A stretch of 44,499 nt of DNA from an uncultured Spirochaetaceae bacterium (GTDB lineage: Bacteria > Spirochaetota > Spirochaetia > SZUA-6 > RPPD01). The notes under the pieces were generated by a model that was not told where the DNA came from, did not search any database, and worked only from the letters and a program-made list of their open reading frames with translations. Positions within the stretch are counted from its first letter, which is position 1. The number at the start of each line of letters is the position of its first letter. Shown here piece after piece: positions 1-8,439 of the stretch. The translations under genes were made by a program, and so were the position numbers. The DNA is taken from positions 35,293 through 79,791 of the forward strand of contig CAZKOS010000002.1 of NCBI GenBank assembly GCA_964554445.1, given 5' to 3'.

Positions 1-20
1 CCGCCGGCGCCCGATTTCGG

Positions 21-49
21 TTGACAACTTCAAGTTTTATCTGTATATA
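21..49 (+). promoter_or_regulatory. putative sigma70-type promoter of the ffh operon
   Basis: TTGACA 21-26, 17-nt spacer, TATATA 44-49, 24 nt upstream of the ffh ATG. Confidence 0.5.
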
Positions 50-73
50 ATTGAAAGTCCTTCGGGTACCCTC

Positions 74-1405
74 ATGCTGGAACGATTAAGCGGAAAATTA
101 ATTTCCATCATCAAGCAGGTCTCGGGAAAAGCGCTCATCAGCGAAAAAAACGTGCAGAGCGCCATCGATGAGATCAAGCTCGCGCTTCTCGAGGCGGACG
201 TCAACCTGCGCGTCGTGCGCCGGTTCGTCAACCGGACCGCCGAGGACGCGGTGGGCATGAAGGTGGCGCGGGACGTCACCCCGAGCCAGCAATTCGTCAA
301 GATCGTCTATGACCGGATGGTGGAGCTTTTGGGGGAAAAGCGAAGCGCGCTCGAGCTCAAGGGCCCGGATGCGCAGTCCGTCATCCTTTGTCTCGGATTG
401 CAGGGCTCCGGAAAGACCACCACCGCCGCCAAGCTCGGGAAGCTCCTCGCGGCGGAGGGGCGGAAGCCGCTCCTGGTGGCGGCGGACCCGGTGCGGCCGG
501 CGGCCGCCGAACAGCTCGCCGTCCTTGGAAAACAGGCCGGCGTGGACGTTTTCAGGCTGGAGGAGAAGAATCCGTCGGTCATCGTCAGGCGGGCGCTCGA
601 AAAGGCCGCCCGGGAGCAATTCGACACGGTGATCATAGACACCACCGGCCGCCTGCACGTCGACGACGCGATGATGGGGGAGCTCGAGGACCTCAAGCGA
701 GTGGCGAAGCCCGTGGAATCGCTTCTCGTCGCGGACGCCATGACGGGACAGCAGGCGGTCGACATCGCCAAGAGCTTCGACGAGCGCATCGGGCTCAGCG
801 GCGTCATTTTGAGCAAATTCGACTCGGACGCCCGCGGCGGCGCGGCGCTCTCCATCCGGAGCATTACCGGCCGGCCGATCAAATACGTGGGCGTGGGAGA
901 AAAGCTCGAGGACCTGGAGCCCTTCTACCCGGAACGGGTCGCGTCCCGCATTCTCGGCATGGGAGACATCGTCAGCCTGGTGGAAAAGGCGGAGGCGACC
1001 ATCGATGCGGAGGAGGCCGAAAAGATCAGGGACAAGATGGAATCGAACACCTTCGATTTCGACGATTACCTGGATCAATTCAGGCGGGTGAGGAAAATGG
1101 GGAGCGTCCGGTCGATCATCGAGATGATTCCAGGCTTGCAAGGAAACGTGGACGAGGATAAAATCAACCTGGAGGACATGAAAAAAGAGGAAGCCATCAT
1201 CCTCTCCATGACGAGAAAGGAAAGGAAGAACCCGCTCATCATCGGTCCCGGGAGGCGCAAACGGATCGCCCGGGGCTCGGGAACGGCGGTGTTCGACGTC
1301 AATAAATTATTGAAGAAATTCGAGAAGACGAAAAACATGATGAAAAAAATGGCCAGGAACAAGGATTATCAACAGCGCCTGATCGGGAATCTGGATCGGC
1401 ATTGA
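74..1405 (+). CDS. ffh: signal recognition particle protein Ffh
   Basis: 443-aa ORF. SRP54-type GTPase motifs GLQGSGKTTT, DTTGR and SKFDSDARGG. Met/Lys-rich C-terminal M domain. Heads the canonical ffh-rpsP cluster. Confidence 0.97.
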   Translation: MLERLSGKLISIIKQVSGKALISEKNVQSAIDEIKLALLEADVNLRVVRRFVNRTAEDAVGMKVARDVTPSQQFVKIVYDRMVELLGEKRSALELKGPDAQSVILCLGLQGSGKTTTAAKLGKLLAAEGRKPLLVAADPVRPAAAEQLAVLGKQAGVDVFRLEEKNPSVIVRRALEKAAREQFDTVIIDTTGRLHVDDAMMGELEDLKRVAKPVESLLVADAMTGQQAVDIAKSFDERIGLSGVILSKFDSDARGGAALSIRSITGRPIKYVGVGEKLEDLEPFYPERVASRILGMGDIVSLVEKAEATIDAEEAEKIRDKMESNTFDFDDYLDQFRRVRKMGSVRSIIEMIPGLQGNVDEDKINLEDMKKEEAIILSMTRKERKNPLIIGPGRRKRIARGSGTAVFDVNKLLKKFEKTKNMMKKMARNKDYQQRLIGNLDRH

Positions 1406-1430
1406 ATCTGAAAGAAGGAGGTAAGCACCA

Positions 1431-1694
1431 TTGAGCGTACGCATCAGACTGAAACGGTTCGGCACACAGAAGCGCCCCTACTACCGCATCGTCGTCATGG
1501 ACTCGCGGACACCGCGCGACGGAAGACCGATTGAAGAAGTCGGTTTTTATCATCCGCTGGAAATTGAAGAACGGCAGGTCAACGTGCGGGAAGACCGCGT
1601 CAAGGAATGGATCTCGAAAGGCGCGCAGCCGTCGAATACCGTGCGCATGTTGTTGAAACGGAAATCGATATCCGCAAAAGAAGAACAATCTTAA
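1431..1694 (+). CDS. rpsP: 30S ribosomal protein S16
   Basis: 87 aa; N-terminus MSVRIRLKRFGTQKRPYYRIVV is typical of S16. TTG start 9 nt after AGGAGG (1416-1421). Confidence 0.95.
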   Translation: MSVRIRLKRFGTQKRPYYRIVVMDSRTPRDGRPIEEVGFYHPLEIEERQVNVREDRVKEWISKGAQPSNTVRMLLKRKSISAKEEQS

Positions 1695-1712
1695 AACTGA
1701 AAGGAGACGGCC

Positions 1713-1946
1713 GTGGAGAAGGAACTGGTTGAATATATGGCGAAATCACTCGTGGACGATCCTTCGGGAGTATCGGTAAACGTGATCGAGGGTGAGAAAT
1801 CGACCATCCTCGAGCTGAAAGTGGCCGATAACGACATCGGCAAGGTAATCGGCAAACACGGCCGCATCGCCAAGGCGATGAGAACCATCTTGAGCGCCGC
1901 GGCGACGAAAAAAGAAAAACGGGTGGTATTGGAAATTCTCGACTAG
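1713..1946 (+). CDS. KH-domain RNA-binding protein (YlqC/UPF0109 family)
   Basis: 77 aa with KH GXXG loop (IGKHGRIAKAMRTIL). GTG start after AAGGAG. Conserved position after rpsP. Confidence 0.85.
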   Translation: MEKELVEYMAKSLVDDPSGVSVNVIEGEKSTILELKVADNDIGKVIGKHGRIAKAMRTILSAAATKKEKRVVLEILD

Positions 1947-2162
1947 GTGATCACGGGCCGGAACCGGGGGACGACGCAGGCTCGTTCCCGGCCGGTTGCC
2001 CTGGCGGGGAAAATAAAAAAGGGAGGAACACAGGGAAGCGCTCGCGATCCGTCGCGGTAAATCGGCGGGCGCGACTGCAAGCGGCGGAGGACCGCCGCGC
2101 GTCGTCCGGCGGAGACAAGGCCGAATCCGGAGCGACGCTTTCGGCGGGAGAGGACGGCTTCT

Positions 2163-2897
2163 ATGAACATTACGGTCGTGAGCCTCTTCCCCGGGGTATT
2201 CCGCGAATTCGTCGGTTCGTCGATCATCGGGCGGGCGGTCAAGGAACGGCTGGTCGCCGTGGAGCTGGTCGATCTCAGGGCTTTCTCCCGGGACAAGCAT
2301 CGGAAATGCGACGATTATCCCTTCGGCGGCGGACCGGGCATGGTATTGATGGCGGACCCGATCCGGCACGCGCTCGAGGCGATCGGCGTCGAAGGCAAGC
2401 GCGTGATTTACCCCTCGGCGAGCGGCACCCCGTACACCCAACGGGAGGCCTCCAGGCTGGCGCGTGAAAACGAGCTCGTCATCCTCTGCGGTCATTACGA
2501 GGGAATGGACCAGAGGATCATCGACCGGTACGTCACGGATGAGCTGGCCGTCGGAGACTACGTCCTGTCCGGGGGGGAGTCCGCGGCCATGGTGATCATC
2601 GACACGGTGGTGCGTCTTCTCGAGGGCGCCATCAATCCGGACTCCCTGGTGAGCGAAAGCTTTTCCGGGGGGCTGCTCGAATACCCGCAGTATACGAGGC
2701 CCAGAACCATCCTGGGCATGACCGTGCCCGATGTTTTGCTGAACGGCAATCACGAAGAGATCCGTCAATGGCGGCTCAGGAAGAGCGTGGAAAAAACCAT
2801 GGCCAATCGTCCTGATCTCCTCGAGCGCGGCGGCGACAATGAAGAAGTGACAAGAATGATACGGGAAAGCGAGGTATACAAACATGGATCTGATTAA
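2163..2897 (+). CDS. trmD: tRNA (guanine37-N1)-methyltransferase TrmD
   Basis: 244 aa; motifs [13 protein letters not shown] and [11 protein letters not shown]. Overlaps rplS as in most bacteria. Confidence 0.96.
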   Translation: MNITVVSLFPGVFREFVGSSIIGRAVKERLVAVELVDLRAFSRDKHRKCDDYPFGGGPGMVLMADPIRHALEAIGVEGKRVIYPSASGTPYTQREASRLARENELVILCGHYEGMDQRIIDRYVTDELAVGDYVLSGGESAAMVIIDTVVRLLEGAINPDSLVSESFSGGLLEYPQYTRPRTILGMTVPDVLLNGNHEEIRQWRLRKSVEKTMANRPDLLERGGDNEEVTRMIRESEVYKHGSD

Positions 2898-3261
2898 GGC
2901 GGTGGAAGCGCCGCAGATCAAGGAACAAACCGATTTCAAAATCGGCGACACCGTCAAAGTTCATTACAGGATCATCGAAGGCAAAACCGAACGCATCCAG
3001 GTGTTCGAGGGGCTCTGCATCAAGCAAAACGGAAGCGGCGCCCGGAAGGCGTTCACGGTGCGCAAGCTCTCCAACGGAGTGGGGGTGGAACGGATTTTCC
3101 CCCTCTATTCGCCGAAGATCGCAAAAATCGAGGTGACCCGTTTCGGCAGAGTGCGGCGTTCGAAGCTTTATTACGTGCGCGGCAAGATCGGCAAGGAAGC
3201 CCGGATCAAGGAACGGATACCGAAGAAGGAAAAAACCGTCCGCGGCGGGAAAAAGAAATAA
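2884..3261 (+). CDS. rplS: 50S ribosomal protein L19
   Basis: 125 aa. [41 protein letters not shown] matches the L19 signature. Confidence 0.96.
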   Translation: MDLIKAVEAPQIKEQTDFKIGDTVKVHYRIIEGKTERIQVFEGLCIKQNGSGARKAFTVRKLSNGVGVERIFPLYSPKIAKIEVTRFGRVRRSKLYYVRGKIGKEARIKERIPKKEKTVRGGKKK

Positions 3262-3270
3262 CGCAAGCGG

Positions 3271-4305
3271 ATGGAAATCATACCGCCGGGACAGCAGATT
3301 CGTCTCCCCGATACCGCCGGGGCGAAGGTGCTGTTCCGGGCCGGCGAGTCCGTTACCGTCAATGTCATAAAACAAATTTCCTCATTCGTCTGGGCCGTCG
3401 GCGTGAAGGGCGTCGTTTTTCGCGCGCGGACCGACCTGGCCTTGACCGCGGGAGCGTCCCTGCGGGCCGTCGTGGTCAGAAACGGGGCGCACCTCGAGCT
3501 CAAACTCGAGAGCGACGCGTCCGCGAATCTTCAAGCCACGCTGCAGAAGGCCGGCCTGCCGAGAGACGAGGCGGCGGCGCTCGTCGTTTCGGCCCTGATC
3601 AAGTGGCGGGTGAAAATCGACGAGGGCGCGGTGGACGCTCTCCGGCGAACGCTCCGCAGACTGCAGGGCGATCCGAAACGTGTCGCCCGGACCCTCGGCC
3701 TGCTCGTCGCCAAGGGCCTTTCGCCCGATTCCCGCGAGTTGCCCTCATTGGCGGCGCTGCTCGACTACGGGGCCGGCGGAGAGCGCCGCGGCCGTCAAGA
3801 AAGAAGGCGGCGGAAGGGGGAGCCGCGTCGCCCCGCGGAGGATGAGGTCGCCGCCGGGCTGTCCGCCGCGATCGAAGGCTCTGCCTCGCGCCGGCCCGGC
3901 GTGCTGGCACTTCTCAACCATCTTCCGGCCCCCGCCGGATCAGACAACTGGCTGGTCGTTCCGTACCGCGTCGGGAAAGAGGGGGAGGGATTATCCGGCA
4001 CCCTGCGTTTCTTGTACGACGCGGCCGCGCGCTCGATCAGAAAAACGGTGATCGTCGCCTATTCGCAGGCAGGGACGCGCTACCAGTTTTCACTCATTCC
4101 CGACGCCGGCGGGTACCGGCTCTCGGTCCGCAGCGGAGAGAAGGACCTGGTCGGCAGGCCGTTGACGAAATTCAATGATGAGCTCGCGGGCCTGAAAGCG
4201 CTGGGAGTGCGATGCGACGGAAGAATCGCAAGCGACGAAGGGGACGACGGCTTCGAGCCCGAGGGGGGCGAGGGCGAGTATCGGCACGTTGATCTCGAGG
4301 GATAG
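3271..4305 (+). CDS. hypothetical protein, possibly FliK-like (hook-length-control-like N-terminal beta module)
   Basis: 344-aa ORF 10 nt after rplS. The N-terminal pattern G-x-V-x-V-x-V...G...R-A...L-x-x-G-x-x-L-x-x-V-V...L-E-L-K-L recalls clostridial proteins annotated FliK-like. Arg/Ala-rich centre. Sits directly upstream of an FlhB-C-terminal-like gene, as with B. subtilis ylqG-ylqH. Function not established. Confidence 0.6.
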   Translation: MEIIPPGQQIRLPDTAGAKVLFRAGESVTVNVIKQISSFVWAVGVKGVVFRARTDLALTAGASLRAVVVRNGAHLELKLESDASANLQATLQKAGLPRDEAAALVVSALIKWRVKIDEGAVDALRRTLRRLQGDPKRVARTLGLLVAKGLSPDSRELPSLAALLDYGAGGERRGRQERRRRKGEPRRPAEDEVAAGLSAAIEGSASRRPGVLALLNHLPAPAGSDNWLVVPYRVGKEGEGLSGTLRFLYDAAARSIRKTVIVAYSQAGTRYQFSLIPDAGGYRLSVRSGEKDLVGRPLTKFNDELAGLKALGVRCDGRIASDEGDDGFEPEGGEGEYRHVDLEG

Positions 4306-4434
4306 ATTTGCTATACTGAATTCACGGCCACAGGGCGAACGCTGCGGGAGCGGGAGCCGCGGATGATGCCGCCTGAGGGCCGCTGAAACCGTCATCCGAA
4401 AAAAAAAGTGCACAAGCAACAAACGGGGGCGTCA

Positions 4435-4677
4435 ATGAAAAAAGCGGTAGCCGTCAAATACCTGCAGGATCTGCCCGCCCCGTTCATCGTCGCCAAGGGA
4501 CGGGGGGAACTCGCCGCAAAAATAGAATCGATCGCCAGGCAGCACGACGTCGGCATCGTCGTCGACCGCGGGCTCGTCGAACGGTTGATCGACATCGACG
4601 TCGGGGATTTTATTCCGGAAGACCTCTACCGAATCATCGCGGAAATTCTGGTTTTCGCCATGAGGCTCGCGGCATGA
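4435..4677 (+). CDS. FlhB C-terminal-domain-like protein (EscU/YscU/HrcU family, YlqH-like)
   Basis: 80 aa. AVAVKY..APFIVAKGRGELAAKIESIARQHDVGIV.D..L.E.L...DVGDFIPEDLYRIIAEIL matches the post-cleavage FlhB-CC subdomain. ATG 4435 follows GGGGG; the GTG at 4408 in the ORF track lacks an RBS. Confidence 0.85.
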   Translation: MKKAVAVKYLQDLPAPFIVAKGRGELAAKIESIARQHDVGIVVDRGLVERLIDIDVGDFIPEDLYRIIAEILVFAMRLAA

Positions 4678-5810
4678 AGGAATTGAAGACAGAATCGCTC
4701 AAGCCGGGCATGAAATTCGACGCGGCCGTCTATATCGACGACAGAAACATTCTCGTCCCGCCCGGCATCGCCATCAAGCAAAAGGATATCGAGCGACTCA
4801 AACGCTGGGAGATCAAAAACGTCCGCACGGAGGGAGAGCTGGTGCGCGCCTCCGACGGGGGGGAGCAAACGTCGTCCTTCTCGGAGTTGATCGGATTCAA
4901 CGCCGACGAGAACGAGAGTCGGGATCGATACGAGGAAATCGTCACCCGCTGGAAAGTCGCGCTCGACGAGATCCGGGCCAAGGGGCGTCCGGGACGGGAC
5001 GGAATCGACCGCATTGTGAACCAGCTCTATGCGGGCGTGAAGGAAAAGAAAAACGAGATCGTCCAGCTCATCCTCACCAGCGAGCGGAGAAAAGACGACG
5101 AGGCCTCCAACGCGGTCAATTGCGCCGTGATTTCGATCATCATCGGCATCAACCTGAAAATGGTGGGCCACAGGGTGCTCTCCCTGGCCACCGCCGCCCT
5201 GCTGCATGACGTGGGCATGTTCCGCATCCCGGAGAAGATCCTCACCAAGGCCGGGGACCTGACTCAGGCAGAGGTGGCCGCCATCCGCACCCACCCGGTT
5301 CACTCGTACACGATCATCGCCAAGGAGATCAAGTATCCCGAGGAGATCGCGCAGATCGCCCTGTATCATCATGAGCGGTGGGACGGAAAAGGCTATCCCA
5401 AGGGTTTGAACGGCGAGGCGATCCCCCTGGCGGCGCGCATCGTGAGCGTCGCCGACGCCTATGTCGCGATGATCAACGAGCGGCCCTACCGCGAACAAAT
5501 GATCGGCTACGACGCCATCAAAAACATCATCAGCGACAACTTCAAGCGCTTCGACCCCAACGTGGTCAAGGGGTTCCTCCGCGGCATGGGCATCTACCCG
5601 ATCGGGAGCGTCGTTCTCTTGAGCGATTCGACGGTGGGCCGGGTGGTGAGCACGCACGGGGATTCGCCGCTGCGGCCGCAGGTGGAAATTCTCATCAACG
5701 CCCGGGGCCAGAAACTGCCGGGAAAAGCCGTCATCGACCTCCTGGAAAGGGGCGATCTTTTTGTCGTCCGAGCGGTGGACCCGCGCACGATAACGACCGA
5801 TAATGAATAA
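4674..5810 (+). CDS. HD-GYP domain protein (probable c-di-GMP phosphodiesterase)
   Basis: 378 aa; LLHDVGM and HHERWDGKGYPKGL motifs. ATGA overlap with the preceding gene. Confidence 0.9.
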   Translation: MKELKTESLKPGMKFDAAVYIDDRNILVPPGIAIKQKDIERLKRWEIKNVRTEGELVRASDGGEQTSSFSELIGFNADENESRDRYEEIVTRWKVALDEIRAKGRPGRDGIDRIVNQLYAGVKEKKNEIVQLILTSERRKDDEASNAVNCAVISIIIGINLKMVGHRVLSLATAALLHDVGMFRIPEKILTKAGDLTQAEVAAIRTHPVHSYTIIAKEIKYPEEIAQIALYHHERWDGKGYPKGLNGEAIPLAARIVSVADAYVAMINERPYREQMIGYDAIKNIISDNFKRFDPNVVKGFLRGMGIYPIGSVVLLSDSTVGRVVSTHGDSPLRPQVEILINARGQKLPGKAVIDLLERGDLFVVRAVDPRTITTDNE

Positions 5811-6150
5811 GAGGCGGCGCGGCGCCTGGGGCGAAGAGCGAGCCGTCGCTTTTTTGCAGAAAAAAGGATATACTGTCATTGCGAGGAATTACCGCGCCCC
5901 GGGCGGCGAGATCGACATCATCGCGGAGCTGGGGGAGCGGATCGTGTTCGTCGAGGTGAAAGTGCTCGGCTCATACGGCCGGGAGGAACTGGGGCGGATC
6001 GTCGGACGTGAGAAACGGAGGCGGATCCTGTCGACCGCCGACGCCTTTCTGGCGGAACGCGATGAATTCAGAGACAGGCCATTGCGGTGCGACGTCATTG
6101 CCGTCTGCCCGGAACCCGACGGCATCGTGCATCTGGAAGACGCGTTTTAG
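5803..6150 (+). CDS. YraN family (UPF0102) endonuclease-like protein
   Basis: 115 aa. GEERAVAFLQKKGYTVIARNYR..GEIDIIA.....VFVEVK pattern typical of YraN. 8-nt overlap with the HD-GYP gene. Confidence 0.85.
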   Translation: MNKRRRGAWGEERAVAFLQKKGYTVIARNYRAPGGEIDIIAELGERIVFVEVKVLGSYGREELGRIVGREKRRRILSTADAFLAERDEFRDRPLRCDVIAVCPEPDGIVHLEDAF

Positions 6151-6163
6151 CAGAGGAGTGCCC

Positions 6164-6298
6164 TTGAAAATCGCGAAGAAAAGCGATAAAAAGAAACTCG
6201 AGGAGCTCAAGAAAAAAATCCATACCAAGGATTATCTGGAGCACGCCATCTCTAGAATGGCCCAGGCGTTGACCGACGATTTGATGCACGAGGACTGA
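6164..6298 (+). CDS. small hypothetical protein (44 aa, Lys-rich helical)
   Basis: TTG start 5 nt after GAGGAG (6153-6158). Its stop lies 2 nt before the next ATG (6301), suggesting coupling. No recognised family. Confidence 0.45.
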   Translation: MKIAKKSDKKKLEELKKKIHTKDYLEHAISRMAQALTDDLMHED

Positions 6299-6300
6299 GA

Positions 6301-6783
6301 ATGAGATACCGCAACGGCAACAGGGATCGCGACGGCCGAGGCAATCGGAACCGGCGCGACGCGCGCCCGGTCCGCGAAGGGGTCAATCCGGAGCGACGAG
6401 ACCGCAGGAATCGGTACAGGCGGCGGCGGGGGGATTATAACCGCCGGCCGCGGGAAGAGCGGCGGGACGCCCCCCCGTGCCCGATCTGCGAGCGGCCCGT
6501 CGGCGAGCTGTCCAGCGCCATCTGCCACATGGAGACGGGGAAACCGGCTCACTTTGATTGCGTCATGAGGCAGATCGAGCGGGCCGAGGGCGGGCTGGCC
6601 TCGAACGAAAAAATCTGCTATTTGGGGAAAGGAAGCTTCGGCATCCTCCGCTTCCAGAAAATGGGCGGCAACATTCCGTTCATCATCCGCAAGCGCATCC
6701 AGTATGAAAATTTCGAAGAAACTCCGGAGTGGCGCAAAAACCTCGACCGCTACGGCGCCCGCGGCAAGCCTCACGCCTCCTGA
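6301..6783 (+). CDS. hypothetical protein with Arg-rich N-terminus and CPIC...C-H...H-x-x-C zinc-finger-like motif
   Basis: 160-aa ORF. About 65 aa of R/N/D/G-rich sequence, then CPICERPVGELSSAICHMETGKPAHFDC, then a globular C-terminus. Followed by a strong hairpin. Confidence 0.65.
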   Translation: MRYRNGNRDRDGRGNRNRRDARPVREGVNPERRDRRNRYRRRRGDYNRRPREERRDAPPCPICERPVGELSSAICHMETGKPAHFDCVMRQIERAEGGLASNEKICYLGKGSFGILRFQKMGGNIPFIIRKRIQYENFEETPEWRKNLDRYGARGKPHAS

Positions 6784-6785
6784 AA

Positions 6786-6824
6786 CCGCCGCCGCCGGCA
6801 TTTCGGGCGAGCCGTCGGCGGCGG
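6786..6824. terminator. GC-rich hairpin between convergent genes (candidate bidirectional terminator)
   Basis: ccgccgccgccggc (6786-6799) pairs with gccgtcggcggcgg (6811-6824), with 1 mismatch and an 11-nt loop. A short TTT run follows on the minus strand. Confidence 0.45.
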
Positions 6825-6921
6825 AGACCGGACTTCTTTCTGCCGGGCGTGTTTTTTGCGGGGCTGGGAGATGCGTTCCGCCGGAACCGGCGGAAAAGTG
6901 GGCGGGTGCGCGCGGAACGGC

Positions 6922-7650
6922 TCAGCGCGAGCCGGTTCTCAGTTCCTTCACCACCTGCAAGGCCTTTTCTTTCACGGTTCGGTTGTAATTACCCTGGACG
7001 ATTCTCACGAGAATCCTCAGGGATGAAGGATCGTCGATTCCCTTGTTGGCTTTGGATATTTTTTCGATCGCGATGCATCCCGAGTAGGCGAGGTTGTCGT
7101 TGGGAGCCAGGTAGTCCTGGGCTTCGAGCGTTTGGGCGATGGCCCGCGTCACCTCCCCGTTTTCGTTCATTCCGAGGAGCCCCAGCGAATAAACGGCTTG
7201 GGATTTGACGATCGGGTCGTCGTCGTTCCTGAGAACGTCGATGAGCACCTGGACGGCGCTTTTTCGGGCGTCTTCGGATTTCACGGAGGCGAGGACGCGG
7301 CAGGCCTCGCGGCGGACGTCCGGCAAATAATTGACGAGCCTGCCTTTCTCCTTCACCCGAACGGTCGTCCCCTGGGAGGAAAGGTCGCGCAGGATGACCG
7401 TCGCCTTCACTTCATCGGCGGCGCTCAACCCCTCGTCGATGAGCTCATTGAGTTGGGAGACGGCGAGAAGCTTCGAGTCCCTGTCGTCCGCCCGGGCCGC
7501 CTCATAGGCGATGCGGAGCCCGGGGCTGGAGAGATACAGCTCCTCGATCGACTCTTCCTTTTTGGGCGTTTCCTTGGGATTTTGGCCAAACGCCATGCCG
7601 GGCACGAAGACGACGGCCAGCATGATGATGAGCAAGCTTTTTCTTCTCAT
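6922..7650 (-). CDS. secreted HEAT-repeat protein
   Basis: Start set at MRRKSLLIIMLAVVFVPGMAFG (signal peptide), preceded by GAGGGAG. Repeated helical HEAT-like units (..PDVRREACRVLASV.., ..DPIVKSQAVYSLGLLG..). Confidence 0.75.
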   Translation of the reverse strand: MRRKSLLIIMLAVVFVPGMAFGQNPKETPKKEESIEELYLSSPGLRIAYEAARADDRDSKLLAVSQLNELIDEGLSAADEVKATVILRDLSSQGTTVRVKEKGRLVNYLPDVRREACRVLASVKSEDARKSAVQVLIDVLRNDDDPIVKSQAVYSLGLLGMNENGEVTRAIAQTLEAQDYLAPNDNLAYSGCIAIEKISKANKGIDDPSSLRILVRIVQGNYNRTVKEKALQVVKELRTGSR

Positions 7651-7785
7651 TGCTTTCTCCCTCACTCTTTTCTTGTTCGGCGAACGGTACCTCGCCTCGG
7701 CACGTCCCCTCTGGGACACGGTGCTTTCAGTGGTTGCCCGCCCTCCGGTTTTCGACGCCCATGGCTGAATCAGTACCAGTATAGA

Positions 7786-8292
7786 TTACCATACGCCGAT
7801 TTTCCACTCATTATTGGAATCCTTCTCCAGGTAGTATACCACATACGGGACTCCATTGACTACCGTCACGGCCTTGACTCTGTTTTTTTCAATAAAACTG
7901 ATTCTATCCAGGGGAGCCCTGACCCGAGAGGGGACAAAAACGCGGTAAAAATAATCCTCGAGCGACCGGAGGACGATCCGGCTGTCCTTTAAATTGGGCT
8001 TCTCCGACAGGTCGCGGAGCACCGCCGGGTTCGAATACCGGGCGAGATATTCGGGGGAGCACTTCGTCTTCCATTTTTCGAAATCCTTCGCCGCGATGAT
8101 CTCGTCCATGTTCTTTATGAAGAGAAGGATTTCATTGAAGGTACGATCGTATAAATCGCGATCGACCTCGAGCGGCGCGTCGGGGCCGTCCCGGCGCGAA
8201 GCGTGTGCATCGGTCGTGGGGCAGGCCGTGAGCGGCCAGAGGAAAGTGAGGATGAGAAAAAGCCGGGAAAAAGCCGCTTGCATACGATTCAT
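7786..8292 (-). CDS. lipoprotein, NTF2/SnoaL-like size, unknown function
   Basis: Start set at MNRMQAAFSRLFLILTFLWPLTAC (lipobox LTAC). The 158-codon upstream extension in the ORF track runs antisense through coaD and is rejected. Confidence 0.7.
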   Translation of the reverse strand: MNRMQAAFSRLFLILTFLWPLTACPTTDAHASRRDGPDAPLEVDRDLYDRTFNEILLFIKNMDEIIAAKDFEKWKTKCSPEYLARYSNPAVLRDLSEKPNLKDSRIVLRSLEDYFYRVFVPSRVRAPLDRISFIEKNRVKAVTVVNGVPYVVYYLEKDSNNEWKIGVW

Positions 8293-8400
8293 TGTAGGAT
8301 GGAAAGTCGGTTTTGTCAAAAAAAGAGGCCGCGAGGGGAACGGGAATTCAACGCAAAGAAGCATACCCGGGGAAATCGAACACCGGGCGGGAACAGCACG

Positions 8401-8429
8401 TTGACCCGTGATTTCAAATTGTGTACACT
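8401..8429 (+). promoter_or_regulatory. putative sigma70 promoter of coaD (very short leader)
   Basis: TTGACC 8401-8406, 17-nt spacer, TACACT 8424-8429. The ATG is only 10 nt downstream and has no SD. Confidence 0.5.
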
Positions 8430-8439
8430 CGGTAACGAC

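Noticed and set aside
1948-2060. Possible rimM remnant (frame VITGRNRGTTQARSRPVALAGKIKKGGTQG...)
   Set aside because: It bears only a vague resemblance to the RimM N-terminal G-K-I-x-x-x-x-G motif. It is too short and too weak to call a pseudogene without an alignment.
98-2957. Long minus-strand ORFs 98..1141 and 1746..2957, and the plus-strand Arg/Gly-rich frames over ffh
   Set aside because: They overlap ffh, the KH gene and trmD, all of which have clear family signatures. Alternative-frame artefacts.
4399-4407. A9 run as a possible slippery or frameshift site
   Set aside because: It lies in the intergenic spacer upstream of the preferred ATG (4435), not inside a coding frame.
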